Shown here piece by piece: positions 20,569-29,922 of a stretch of DNA of 64,000 nucleotides. The first letter of the stretch is position 1. The number at the start of each line of letters is the position of its first letter. The notes under the pieces are model-generated. The model saw nothing but the letters and a program-made list of their open reading frames with translations. It did not search any database and was not told where the DNA came from. Source of the DNA: Alphaproteobacteria bacterium (GTDB taxonomy: Bacteria; Pseudomonadota; Alphaproteobacteria; CALKHQ01); NCBI GenBank assembly GCA_965227515.1, contig CBDDFZ010000001.1:2848001-2912000 (forward strand). The letters are read 5' to 3'. The translations under genes and the position numbers were made by a program.

Positions 20569-21960
20569 ATGCTGTTTCATAGTCAGCTCTTCCTGCTGAT
20601 ATTCCTGCCGCTTACCTTCATCGCCTACCGTCTGGCGGCGCGGCTGGAGGACCGCCTGGGCCCGCGGCCGCGCCAGATCGTGCTGCTCGTCGCGTCGCTG
20701 TGCTTCTACGGCTACTGGGACGTTCGCCTGCTGCCGCTGCTGGTGGTGTCGGTGCTCGTCAACTGGTCCGTCGTAGCGCTGACTGTCCGGCATCGGCAAT
20801 GGCTTGTCCCGGCCGCGGTGGTCGCCAATCTGGCGGTGCTGGGCTGGTTCAAGTACGCCAACTTCTTCGCTGACGCCCTGAGCGCCCTTGGCGGCATGGA
20901 CCACCAGCCGTGGAGCATCGCGCTGCCACTGGGTATCAGTTTCTTCACCTTCCAGCAAATCTCCTATCTCGTCGATGTGCGGCGCGGCCAGGCGCCTGCC
21001 TACACGCTGCTGGACTACGCGCTTTACGTCAGTTTCTTCCCGCAACTCATCGCCGGCCCGATCGTCCGTCACGACCAATTGATCCCGCAGTTCGCAACGC
21101 CGGCCCGCGCCCTGGCGGCCGAGCAGGTGGCGCGCGGGCTGACGTGGCTCACCATCGGGCTCTGCAAGAAGGTCTTCCTGGCCGATCCGTTGGGCGACAT
21201 CGCCGATCCGCTGTTCGGCGAGGCGGTGGGCAACGGCTCGCTCACCTTCGCGGAATCGTGGATCGGCGCGTTTGCCTTTGCCGGCCAGATCTATTTCGAC
21301 TTCTCCGGCTATTCGGACATGGCGCTGGGCCTGGCGCTGATGTTCGGCTTCACGCTGCCGCTCAACTTCGACGCACCGTACCGCGCGACATCGATCAGCG
21401 CGTTCTGGCGGCGCTGGCACATGACGCTGATGTCGTTCCTGCGCGACTACGTGTACGTGCCGCTGGGCGGCAGCCGGCGCGGGCGTCTCCGCCTGGTGCG
21501 CAACATCCTGATCGCCTGGTTCCTGAGCGGCCTGTGGCACGGCGCGGGCTGGACCTTCATCGCCTGGGGCCTGGCCCATGGCATCGCGATGGTGGTCGAG
21601 CGGGCGTGGCGCTGGGCTGGCCTTGGCATGCCGGTCGGCCTGGGCTGGCTGCTGACCTTCGTCTTCGCCGTTGCCGCGTTCGTGGTGTTCCGCACGCCAG
21701 ACCTGGGCGACGCGGCGCTGTTCTATGGGCGCATGCTCGGCAGCGACGGCCTGTCGATGGAGGTGCGGGGCGGCGGCCGGCCGATCATCCTGCTGTTGGC
21801 CTATGTCGTGATCCTGACCATGCCGACCAGCCAGCGCCTGGTGCGGCAATGGCTGTGGCCGTCGCCGTGGCTGGCGGCGGTGCTGGGGGTTGCGCTGCTG
21901 GCGGTGGTGATGCAGGTCGGCATCGGCGCCAATGAAGAGTTCATCTACTTCCAGTTCTAG
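20569..21960 (+). CDS. MBOAT O-acyltransferase, AlgI/DltB/PatA-like
   Basis: 'LPLGISFFTFQQISY', 'FFPQLIAGPIVR', 'QIYFDFSGYSDMA', 'FWRRWHMTL', catalytic 'GLWHGA', C-terminal 'EFIYFQF'. Confidence 0.93.
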   Translation: MLFHSQLFLLIFLPLTFIAYRLAARLEDRLGPRPRQIVLLVASLCFYGYWDVRLLPLLVVSVLVNWSVVALTVRHRQWLVPAAVVANLAVLGWFKYANFFADALSALGGMDHQPWSIALPLGISFFTFQQISYLVDVRRGQAPAYTLLDYALYVSFFPQLIAGPIVRHDQLIPQFATPARALAAEQVARGLTWLTIGLCKKVFLADPLGDIADPLFGEAVGNGSLTFAESWIGAFAFAGQIYFDFSGYSDMALGLALMFGFTLPLNFDAPYRATSISAFWRRWHMTLMSFLRDYVYVPLGGSRRGRLRLVRNILIAWFLSGLWHGAGWTFIAWGLAHGIAMVVERAWRWAGLGMPVGLGWLLTFVFAVAAFVVFRTPDLGDAALFYGRMLGSDGLSMEVRGGGRPIILLLAYVVILTMPTSQRLVRQWLWPSPWLAAVLGVALLAVVMQVGIGANEEFIYFQF

Positions 21961-21964
21961 GAGG

Positions 21965-23029
21965 ATGGGACGCGGCATGCGCTGGGCGCGCTACATCAAG
22001 GTGATGCTGACCACGGCGGTCGGGGCCGGGCTGGGCCTTTACCTGTTCATCGTGCTGAGCGATCCCTATGACCTGTTCGCGTTCTCGCCCGGGGAGGTGC
22101 GCGAGCCGGTGTCGACCAACCAGCGCTTCTCGTTTCCCGCCCTGGCGCGGGCGGAGCGGTTCGACAGCGCGATTGTCGGCACCTCCACCACCCGGTTGCT
22201 GCGGCCGGAGCAACTGGATGCCCTGTTCGACGCGCGGTTCGTCAACCTGTCGATGAACAGCGCGACGGCGTTCGAACAGCGCGAGATGCACCGGCTGTTC
22301 CTGGCCCACCATGCCACGCCGAAGATCGTCATCTACGGCCTGGACGCCACCTGGTGCCAGATGACCGAGGTGCCGCGCCACACCTTCCGGGCGTTTCCGG
22401 CGTGGATGTATGACGACGACCCCTGGAACGACCTCTTCTACCTGTTCAACTTCACCGCACTGGAACAGGCCGGCCGGCAATTCGGCTTCCTGATGGGGTG
22501 GAAGGCGCAGCGCTACGGCCGCGACGGCTACACCAATTTCCTGCCGCCGCCCGAGGAGTACGACCTGGCCCAGGCGCAGCGAAACATCTATGGCCCGGGC
22601 GGGCCGGTGGAGATCGACACCATTTATGCGCGCGGGGAAGCGACAGCCGACGAACTGGCCCAGGCGCGGTTCCCGACTCACGATTGGTTGAGCGAAATGC
22701 TGGCCGCACCGCCGCCGCAGACCCTTCAGATTCTGGTGTTCGTGCCCTATCACGCGGCTAACATCGCGCCGCCCGACAGCCGCGCGGGCGCATTCCTGCA
22801 GGAGTGCAAGCGCAGGATTGCCGCCATGGCGGCAACCCATCCCAACGCCGTGGTGCTGGACTTCATGATCAACAGCGCGGTGACGCGGGTCGACACCAAC
22901 TACTGGGACCGGCTGCATTTCGGCACCCCGATCGCCGATTTGCTGGCCGATGCCATTGCGCGCGCCGTCGACAGCCGTTCCGGCGAGGCCGACCTGTTCG
23001 AGGTGCTCTACCCGAACAGCGGGATTTGA
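21965..23029 (+). CDS. Membrane-anchored SGNH-like partner of the MBOAT (AlgJ/DltD/PatB-like role inferred)
   Basis: One N-terminal TM helix, 'IVGTST' (Ser block), 'VNLSMNSA', C-terminal D-x-x-H 'YWDRLHF'; starts 4 bp after the MBOAT stop. Confidence 0.7.
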   Translation: MGRGMRWARYIKVMLTTAVGAGLGLYLFIVLSDPYDLFAFSPGEVREPVSTNQRFSFPALARAERFDSAIVGTSTTRLLRPEQLDALFDARFVNLSMNSATAFEQREMHRLFLAHHATPKIVIYGLDATWCQMTEVPRHTFRAFPAWMYDDDPWNDLFYLFNFTALEQAGRQFGFLMGWKAQRYGRDGYTNFLPPPEEYDLAQAQRNIYGPGGPVEIDTIYARGEATADELAQARFPTHDWLSEMLAAPPPQTLQILVFVPYHAANIAPPDSRAGAFLQECKRRIAAMAATHPNAVVLDFMINSAVTRVDTNYWDRLHFGTPIADLLADAIARAVDSRSGEADLFEVLYPNSGI

Positions 23030-23046
23030 AGCCCTTCGAACACTTG

Positions 23047-23072
23047 TTCACCATCCTTTAACCTCGTGTTAA
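23047..23072. promoter_or_regulatory. Tandem CtrA-binding motif
   Basis: TTAA-CCTCGTG-TTAA (23058-23072) is a perfect TTAA-N7-TTAA. It overlaps TTCA-CCATCCT-TTAAC (23047-23062) and lies ~100 bp upstream of 23171. Confidence 0.65.
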
Positions 23073-23170
23073 TCTTATCCTCGCACATCTCCGGTCGGGG
23101 CTGGCGTCATCCAGAAAGACCAGTCTATTGTTAGGTTTGCGTCGATTCGCTCAGAAAAAGGGGTAGCAGG

Positions 23171-23794
23171 ATGCGTTATCTTGGGTTGGCCGCGGTGGCT
23201 GTCGTCATGGTCGGGTGTTCCTCCACGCAGCAGGCAACCGTGTCCACGCCGGAAACAAACGTGCTGCCGGATGACTTCGCTGAGATGATCGGGTTGTTGG
23301 AATCGGACGGCAACTATGAGGTCATCAACCCCTACGGATATCTGGGCAAGTACCAGATGGGCGAATGCGCCCTGATCGATGCCGGCGTCTACATCCCGGA
23401 CGAGACCGGCTGCCGCAGCCAGGACTGGTCGGGGGCGTGGACGGGTGTCCTGGGCGTGCACAGCCTGGATGACTACATGACCACCCCCGACGCGCAGGAA
23501 TATGCCTTCAAGGCGTTCACCCTGGCGAACTGGGAAAACATCAAGACCCGCGGCCTGCACCACTTCGTCGGCCAGACCGTCGGCGGCGTGCATGTCTCGG
23601 CGTCCGGGCTGCTGGCCGGCGCGCATCTTGGCGGCGTTGGCGGCGTGGAGGCGTTCCTGCTCTCCGACGGCGATGAGAACCGGGGCGACGCGAACGGGAC
23701 GCGCATTTCGACCTACATGGCGCTGTTCACGTCCATCAATCCCCCGGCGGAAGTGTCCCGCGACCTGCCGAGCACGGTCATCGGCACCAACTAG
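23171..23794 (+). CDS. Lipoprotein with lysozyme-like / lytic transglycosylase-like domain
   Basis: Lipobox 'VMVGC'; catalytic-type 'LESDGNY...GYLGKYQMG'; 'GLLAGAHLGG'. Confidence 0.75.
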   Translation: MRYLGLAAVAVVMVGCSSTQQATVSTPETNVLPDDFAEMIGLLESDGNYEVINPYGYLGKYQMGECALIDAGVYIPDETGCRSQDWSGAWTGVLGVHSLDDYMTTPDAQEYAFKAFTLANWENIKTRGLHHFVGQTVGGVHVSASGLLAGAHLGGVGGVEAFLLSDGDENRGDANGTRISTYMALFTSINPPAEVSRDLPSTVIGTN

Positions 23795-24039
23795 GCCGGG
23801 CTTCGACGCCACACCGGAATTCACATCAGGCAAGTTGGTTGGGAGGCTGATCGCCTCCCAATACGCGCGCTTGGGCGCGCCCACGGCAGCGGCGGGCGAA
23901 AAGCTCACAGGATCAATATCTTGAGTCCTGGCCGCCGCCGCAGTACGTACATGGTCCTATTGACGCGTACGAGCCCCGGAGTCGGGGTGCCGTCGGCAAC
24001 CGGCCGAACACGTCGCCGAACAAGTCATTGGGGCTGCTC

Positions 24040-25539
24040 ATGAAAATCTCCTTTGCCGAACCGAAAGACATCGACAAGGAATGGCTGGCGGTCCCGCTGG
24101 CAAGCGGCGGCTCCCTGGGGCCGGTCGCCGAAGCGTTGGACGCGCGGGCCGGCAACGCCATCTCCCGCGCCATCCAGGTCACCGGATTTGACGGCGCTTC
24201 GGGCAAGGCCCTGAAGATCGTCGCACCAGGCGGCACCGGGTTGGACACGGTGGTCGTCTACGGCATCGGCGACCCGAGCGAGTTGACGACGCTGCAGTTG
24301 GAGCGGGTGGGCGGCGCGATCTGCAGCGAAGCGCTGGGCAGCAAGGCCACGCAGCTCCACGTTGCCGTCGACGGCACGCTGTGCGGCGATATCGAAGCCC
24401 CGGTGGTCGCCGCCGACATCGCCCATGGCATCCACCTGCGCGCGTACGATTTCGACAAGTACCGGACCAAGGACAAGAAGAAGGCCGCCAAGCTCGGCAA
24501 GGTGACCGTGCATGTCGAGCGGTCGTCCAGCGCGCGCAAGGCCTATGCGCCGAAGGCCGCGGTGGGCGAGGCCGTGTACTTCGCCCGCGATCTGGTCAGC
24601 GAGCCGGCGAACGAGCTTTATCCGCGCAGCTATGCCGAGCGCATCTCCAAGGAGCTGTCGCCGCTTGGCGTGACGGTGGAAATCCTGGGCGAGAAGGCGA
24701 TGGCGAAGCTCGGCATGGGCGCGCTCCTGGGGGTCGGCCAGGGTTCGGCCCGCGAGTCCCAGCTCGTGGTGATGGAGTGGAACGGTTCCAAGGGCAAGTC
24801 GCGCCCGAAGAAGCCGTTGGCGTTCATCGGCAAGGGCGTCACCTTCGACACCGGCGGCATCTCGATCAAGCCGTCCGCCGGCATGGAAGACATGAAGTGG
24901 GACATGGGCGGCTCGGCCGCCGTCGTCGGCCTGATGCACGCGCTGGCCGGCCGCAAGGCCAAGGTCAATGCCATCGGCGTCGTCGGCCTGGTGGAGAACA
25001 TGCCCTCGGGCACCGCCCAGCGGCCCGGCGACGTGGTGAAGTCGCTGTCGGGCCAGACCATCGAGGTGCTGAATACCGACGCCGAGGGCCGCCTGGTGCT
25101 GGCCGATGCGCTCTGGTACACGCAGGAAAAGTACAAGCCGCGGTTCATGATCGACCTCGCGACCCTGACCGGCGCCATCATGGTGGCGCTGGGCAAGGAG
25201 AATGCCGGCCTGTTCTGCAACGACGACGCGCTTTGCGACCAGATCCTGCAGGCCGCCGATGCCACCGGCGAGCGGTGCTGGCGCCTGCCGCTGGACGAGG
25301 CCTATGACCGCCTGATCGACGGCGACATCTCCGACGTCAAGAACATCAGCGCCGGGCGTTGGGGCGGCAGCATCACCGCCGCGCAGTTCCTGCAGCGCTT
25401 CACCAACGGCGTGCCGTGGGCGCACCTGGACATCGCCGGCGTGGCCTGGGCCGACAAGCCGACCGGCGTCGGGCCGAAGGGCGCCACGTCGTTCGGCGTG
25501 CGGCTGCTGAACGAGTTCGTGGCCGCGCACTTCGAATAG
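24040..25539 (+). CDS. pepA: Leucyl aminopeptidase (M17)
   Basis: 'GKGVTFDTGG', 'MKWDMGG', 'NTDAEGRL', 'DLATLTGA', 'WAHLDIAG'. Confidence 0.97.
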   Translation: MKISFAEPKDIDKEWLAVPLASGGSLGPVAEALDARAGNAISRAIQVTGFDGASGKALKIVAPGGTGLDTVVVYGIGDPSELTTLQLERVGGAICSEALGSKATQLHVAVDGTLCGDIEAPVVAADIAHGIHLRAYDFDKYRTKDKKKAAKLGKVTVHVERSSSARKAYAPKAAVGEAVYFARDLVSEPANELYPRSYAERISKELSPLGVTVEILGEKAMAKLGMGALLGVGQGSARESQLVVMEWNGSKGKSRPKKPLAFIGKGVTFDTGGISIKPSAGMEDMKWDMGGSAAVVGLMHALAGRKAKVNAIGVVGLVENMPSGTAQRPGDVVKSLSGQTIEVLNTDAEGRLVLADALWYTQEKYKPRFMIDLATLTGAIMVALGKENAGLFCNDDALCDQILQAADATGERCWRLPLDEAYDRLIDGDISDVKNISAGRWGGSITAAQFLQRFTNGVPWAHLDIAGVAWADKPTGVGPKGATSFGVRLLNEFVAAHFE

Positions 25540-25568
25540 CGCTGGCCGGGACTGCCGAGGCGCGTCGC

Positions 25569-26021
25569 GTGACCGAGGTTCGCTTCTATCATCTGCAACG
25601 CACCACGTTGGAGCGTGCGCTGCCGCGCATGCTGCACCGTACGGTGTTCGATCGCGAGCAGCGTGCCGTGGTGATGGTCGGCTCCACCGAGCGGGCCGAG
25701 GCGCTGAACGCGCACCTGTGGACCTATGACGACCGCAGTTTCCTGCCGCATGGGTCGGCCCGCGACGGCAATGCGGCCGACCATCCGGTCTGGCTGACGC
25801 CTGAGGACGAGAACCCCAACGGGGCGTCGGTGCTGTTCCTCACCGATGGCGCCAGCACCGGCAACGCTGCCGGGTTCGAGATGGTGGTCGAGCTGTTTGA
25901 CGGCGGTAACGAAGAAGCGGTGGCCGGCGCGCGCCAGCGCTGGAAGGCCTACAAGCAGGACGGGCATGCCGTGACCTATTGGCAGCAGGACAATTCCGGC
26001 CGATGGCAGCAACAGGCATGA
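25569..26021 (+). CDS. holC: DNA polymerase III chi subunit
   Basis: GTG start; 'EVRFYHL...LWTYDDRSFLPHG...ARQRWKAYK'; follows pepA. Confidence 0.93.
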   Translation: MTEVRFYHLQRTTLERALPRMLHRTVFDREQRAVVMVGSTERAEALNAHLWTYDDRSFLPHGSARDGNAADHPVWLTPEDENPNGASVLFLTDGASTGNAAGFEMVVELFDGGNEEAVAGARQRWKAYKQDGHAVTYWQQDNSGRWQQQA

Positions 26022-26055
26022 GGCGGCGCCGAACCAAGGGCGTGTCGGGCCGGCG

Positions 26056-26769
26056 ATGCTGAAGAAGATCATGCGTGCACTGGGCTATGACCTGGTGCCG
26101 CGCGGCGCGCCCGACCCGGCCACCGCCAACCTGGCGGCCCTGCTGGATAGCCACAACGTCGACCTGATCGTCGATGTCGGCGCCAACGAGGGGCAGTACG
26201 CGACGCGCGCGCGCAACGCCGGTTATCGCGGTGGTATCGTGTCGTTCGAGCCGGTGTCGGAGGCCCATGGCAAGCTGAGCGCAGCGGCGCAGGGCGATGC
26301 CAAGTGGACCGTGGCGCCGCGCATGGCCATCGGCGACCGCGACGGCGAGGTCGCCATCAACGTCTCCAACCGCACCGACATGAGCTCGGTGCGCGAGATC
26401 GACCAACGCACGCTTGAGGCGCTGCCGAAATCGTTCATGGTCGGCCAGGAGCAGGTGCCGATGCGCACGCTAGATCACGCCCTGGGCGAGGTCGGGGTGG
26501 CCGGTGACCGCCCGTTCCTGAAGGTCGACACCCAGGGCTACGAGGCGCAGGTGCTGGACGGCGCGCCGGACCTTCTGGGGCGGGTCGTTGGCGTCCAGCT
26601 CGAATTGTCGCTGATCCCGAACTACGAGGGCGAGGCTCTCTATCTCGACTTGCTGAACCGGTTGGCTGGACTGGGGTTCGAGCCGTTCATGGTGCTGCCG
26701 GGCTTCTTCAGCCGCACCCTTGGCCGCCAGCTCCAGTTCGACGTCGTCGCGATGCGGCCCGAGTCCTGA
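26056..26769 (+). CDS. FkbM family methyltransferase
   Basis: 'DVGANEGQY', 'SFEP', 'LKVDTQGYE...VL'. Confidence 0.88.
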   Translation: MLKKIMRALGYDLVPRGAPDPATANLAALLDSHNVDLIVDVGANEGQYATRARNAGYRGGIVSFEPVSEAHGKLSAAAQGDAKWTVAPRMAIGDRDGEVAINVSNRTDMSSVREIDQRTLEALPKSFMVGQEQVPMRTLDHALGEVGVAGDRPFLKVDTQGYEAQVLDGAPDLLGRVVGVQLELSLIPNYEGEALYLDLLNRLAGLGFEPFMVLPGFFSRTLGRQLQFDVVAMRPES

Positions 26770-26833
26770 CTCACCAGACACCCTCGGCCTGGTGCCCACG
26801 GCATTCGCATATCTCTGCGGGTTGGCTGCACTT

Positions 26834-27065
26834 CCCCTCTCCCAGCGGCACGCTCGGGAGAGGGAGGGGCCCGCGAACCGCAGGTTTGCGGGAGGGTGAG
26901 GGCCTGGGATTCGATGCCCGCATCTTCACGGCCTTGCAGCCAAGGCCGTCGTCAACTTGCCATCGGTACTTTGAACGCGCGACCGATCGCGCCGCGCCCC
27001 TCACCTTCCCAGCCTGCGGCTGGGCCCCTTCCTCTCCCGCACCGCTCCGCGGCGGGGCGAGGAGA
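26834..27065. repeat. Inverted pair of CCCTCTCCC/GGGTGAGGG-type composite palindromes
   Basis: 26834-26902 (CCCCTCTCCC..GGGAGAGGGAGGGGCCC..GGGAGGGTGAGGG) mirrors 26997-27065 (CCCCTCACCTTCCC..GGGCCCCTTCCTCTCCC..). Confidence 0.65.
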
Positions 27066-27170
27066 TTCAAGCCGGCGCTGTTCAAGTGTGAGAATCTTGA
27101 AGCCACAAGGGCGAGGACGACAATTGAGGTGGTGGGTGCGAGTTCGACGCGCGTGTCGCGGCAGCGCCGC

Positions 27171-29066
27171 TCACGTCTCCGCCTCGGCCATGGCGGCCTC
27201 GAACGCTTCCTGCGCCTCCAGCCAGCTTTCCTCCGCCGTTTCCAACTGGCGGGCGATGTCGGCCAGCTCGATCTGCAATGCCGTCACCGCATCCGCCGGC
27301 CCGTCATAGAGTTTCGGATCGGCGAGCTTCGCTTCCAGCTTGGCCTTGCGGGCATTGAGGTCGGCCATCTGCCGCTCGCTGTCGCGCACGTCGCGCTTCA
27401 GATGCGCCACCGACTGGCGCACGGCGGCCGCCGCGCGGCGCTGTTCCTTCTTGTTGCCCTCGCCTGACGCATCGCTTCCGCCGCCGCTGCGCGCCGTGCG
27501 ACCGGTGCGCTGCAGCAGGCCCTCGGTATAGGTGTCTAGATCGCCGTCCAGCGGCTTGCAGGTGCCGTCGGCAACGTGCCACAGCCGGTCGACCGAGCGG
27601 TTGAGCAGGGCCGGGTCGTGGCTGACCAGGATGACCGCGCCCTCGTACTCGGCAAGCGCTGAGATCAGGGCCTCGCGCGCGTCCATGTCCAGGTGGTTGG
27701 TCGGCTCGTCCAGCAGCATCAGGTGGGGGGCCGAGCGGGTCATCAGCGCGAACAGCAGCCGCGCCTTCTCGCCGCCGGAGAGCAGGCCCACCCGCAGGTC
27801 GGCCTTCTCGGTGTCGATGCCGAAGCGGGCGAGGTGGGAGCGGCAGGCCTGGTCGTTGGCGTCTCGCAACGCCGCGCGCATGTGGTCCATGGCGGTGCGG
27901 TCCAGGTCCATCTCGTCGGACTGGGCCTGGCTGAAATAGCCGATCTTGAGCTTGCGCGACTTCGACACGTGGCCCGACTGCGGCTCCAGGCGGCCGGAGA
28001 GCAGGCGGATCAGCGTGGTCTTGCCGTTGCCGTTGGCGCCGACCAGGCCGATGCGGTCGTCCATGTCGATGCGCAGGTTCAGCCGGCTGAGGATCGGCTT
28101 GTCGGGGTCGTAGCCGACGGCCACGTTCTCGACGCCGATCACCGGCGGCGGCAATTGGTCGACGGGCGGGAAGTCGAAGCGTGTCGCCCGGTCGTCGCCG
28201 ATGGGGGCGATGGTCTCCATCCGCTCCAGCGCCTTGATCCGGCTTTGCGCCTGGCGCGCCTTGGTCGCCTTGGCGCGGAACCGGTCGATGAACGACTGGA
28301 TGCGCGCGCGTTCCCTTTGCTGGCGGGCGAAGAGGGCGGCGGCATGGGCCTCGCGCGACCGGCGGGTGCGGTCGAAGGTGTCGTAGTTGCCGCGATAGGA
28401 GACCAGTTGGCGCTGCTGGATGTGGACGATGTGGGTGCACACCGCGTTCAGCAATTGGCGGTCGTGGCTGATCAGCAGGAGCGTGCCGTCGTAGCGGGCC
28501 AGATAGGTCTCCAGCCACAATCGCGCTTCCAGGTCCAGGTAGTTGCTGGGCTCGTCCAGCAGCATCAGGTCGGCGCGGGCGAACAGCACCGCCGCCAGCG
28601 CCACCCGCATGCGCCAGCCGCCGGAGAACGTGCTGCACGGCCGCTGCTGGGCCGCGTGGTCGAAGCCCAGCCCGGCCAGGATGGTGGCGGCGCGCGCCGG
28701 GGCGGCATGGGCGTCGATATCGTCCAGGCGGGTGTGGATGTCGCCCAGCCGGTGCGGGTCGGTGGCGTGCTCGGCCTCGTCCAGCAGGGACGCGCGCTCG
28801 GTGTCGGCGGCGAGCACGGTCTCCAGCAGGCTCTGGGGGCCGTCGGGCGGTTCCTGCGCCATGGCGACGATATCGACCCGCGGTCCAGGGTTGATGGTCT
28901 GCGGCGGCGCCATCCACGGGTTCTGGATCAGGCGGAACAGGGTCGACTTGCCGGCACCGTTCGCTCCGACCAGGCCCACCCGCTGGCGCGCGGTGATCGC
29001 CATCGTCGCATGCTCATAGAGCACGCGGTCGCCGATCTCGTAGGTCAGGTCATTGATATGCAGCAT
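27171..29066 (-). CDS. ABC-F family ribosome-associated ATPase (YheS/Uup-like)
   Basis: Two ABC domains ('GANGAGKST', 'FSGGWRMR', 'LLDEPSN'; 'GANGNGKTT', 'LSGGEKAR', 'LLDEPTNHLD'), no TM segments, C-terminal coiled coil. Confidence 0.93.
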   Translation of the reverse strand: MLHINDLTYEIGDRVLYEHATMAITARQRVGLVGANGAGKSTLFRLIQNPWMAPPQTINPGPRVDIVAMAQEPPDGPQSLLETVLAADTERASLLDEAEHATDPHRLGDIHTRLDDIDAHAAPARAATILAGLGFDHAAQQRPCSTFSGGWRMRVALAAVLFARADLMLLDEPSNYLDLEARLWLETYLARYDGTLLLISHDRQLLNAVCTHIVHIQQRQLVSYRGNYDTFDRTRRSREAHAAALFARQQRERARIQSFIDRFRAKATKARQAQSRIKALERMETIAPIGDDRATRFDFPPVDQLPPPVIGVENVAVGYDPDKPILSRLNLRIDMDDRIGLVGANGNGKTTLIRLLSGRLEPQSGHVSKSRKLKIGYFSQAQSDEMDLDRTAMDHMRAALRDANDQACRSHLARFGIDTEKADLRVGLLSGGEKARLLFALMTRSAPHLMLLDEPTNHLDMDAREALISALAEYEGAVILVSHDPALLNRSVDRLWHVADGTCKPLDGDLDTYTEGLLQRTGRTARSGGGSDASGEGNKKEQRRAAAAVRQSVAHLKRDVRDSERQMADLNARKAKLEAKLADPKLYDGPADAVTALQIELADIARQLETAEESWLEAQEAFEAAMAEAET

Positions 29067-29201
29067 AGCGGTGAGGGTGGCCTGCCTGCGCACGGCACGT
29101 GGCACGTGTCAATGGGGAGAATTGCCGGCGCTGCCCTTGCGCATGGGCGCGCACGCCGTCTATAAGGCCGCGTCGTTTTCAGGCCAAGGAGAAGTCACCA
29201 C

Positions 29202-29624
29202 ATGGCGGTCCAGCGCACTTTGTCAATCATCAAGCCGGACGCAACGCGCCGCAACCTGACCGGGCGAATCCTGGCCATGTTCGAGGAGGCGGGCCTGCGC
29301 ATCGTCGCGCAGAAGCGCATCCACCTTTCGCAGGCGGATGCCGAGCGGTTTTATGCCGTGCACAAGGAGCGTTCGTTCTTCAACGACCTGTGCGCGTTCA
29401 TGTCGTCCGGCCCCGTCGTGGTGCAGGTGCTGGAGGGCGAGGATGCCATCGCCCAGAACCGCGCCGTCATGGGCGCCACCAACCCGGCGAATGCCGACGA
29501 GGGCACGGTGCGCAAGCTCTACGGCGAATCCGTGGAGGCGAACTCGGTGCACGGCTCCGACGCGCCGGAAACCGCGGCGGCGGAGATCAAGTTCTTCTTT
29601 TCCGATATGGAAATCGTGGGCTGA
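29202..29624 (+). CDS. ndk: Nucleoside diphosphate kinase
   Basis: '[10 protein letters not shown]', 'MGATNP', 'NSVHGSD'. Confidence 0.98.
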   Translation: MAVQRTLSIIKPDATRRNLTGRILAMFEEAGLRIVAQKRIHLSQADAERFYAVHKERSFFNDLCAFMSSGPVVVQVLEGEDAIAQNRAVMGATNPANADEGTVRKLYGESVEANSVHGSDAPETAAAEIKFFFSDMEIVG

Positions 29625-29662
29625 CGGTCCACGTCGCTCAAGACCAGATACACACAAAAGTT

Positions 29663-29838
29663 GTCGCCCTCGCCCTCGTGGCGAGGGCCCATCGATGTGC
29701 AGGACTCCAGAGCAGCCCGATGCTTTCGAGCCTTGTGATGCGACGGTCGTCAGCCGACCGCCATCAGTGTGATGACCTGCTCTTAAGCTATTGAAATACT
29801 GGACACAAATGGATCCTCGGGACAAGCCCGAGGATGAC
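29663..29838. repeat. Second inverted pair of 29-bp REP-like palindromes (176 bp)
   Basis: GTCGCCCTCGCCCTCGTGGCGAGGGCCCA (29663-29691) and the reverse complement of GTCATCCTCGGGCTTGTCCCGAGGATCCA (29810-29838). Same family as 11711-11884. Confidence 0.75.
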
Positions 29839-29922
29839 GATGAAGTGTCCGTATTACGTCTAATTTCGCCGCCCACATTGGCGAAGACGGCGAATGGAGT
29901 ATGGGGGTAGCGACCCGTCGGC

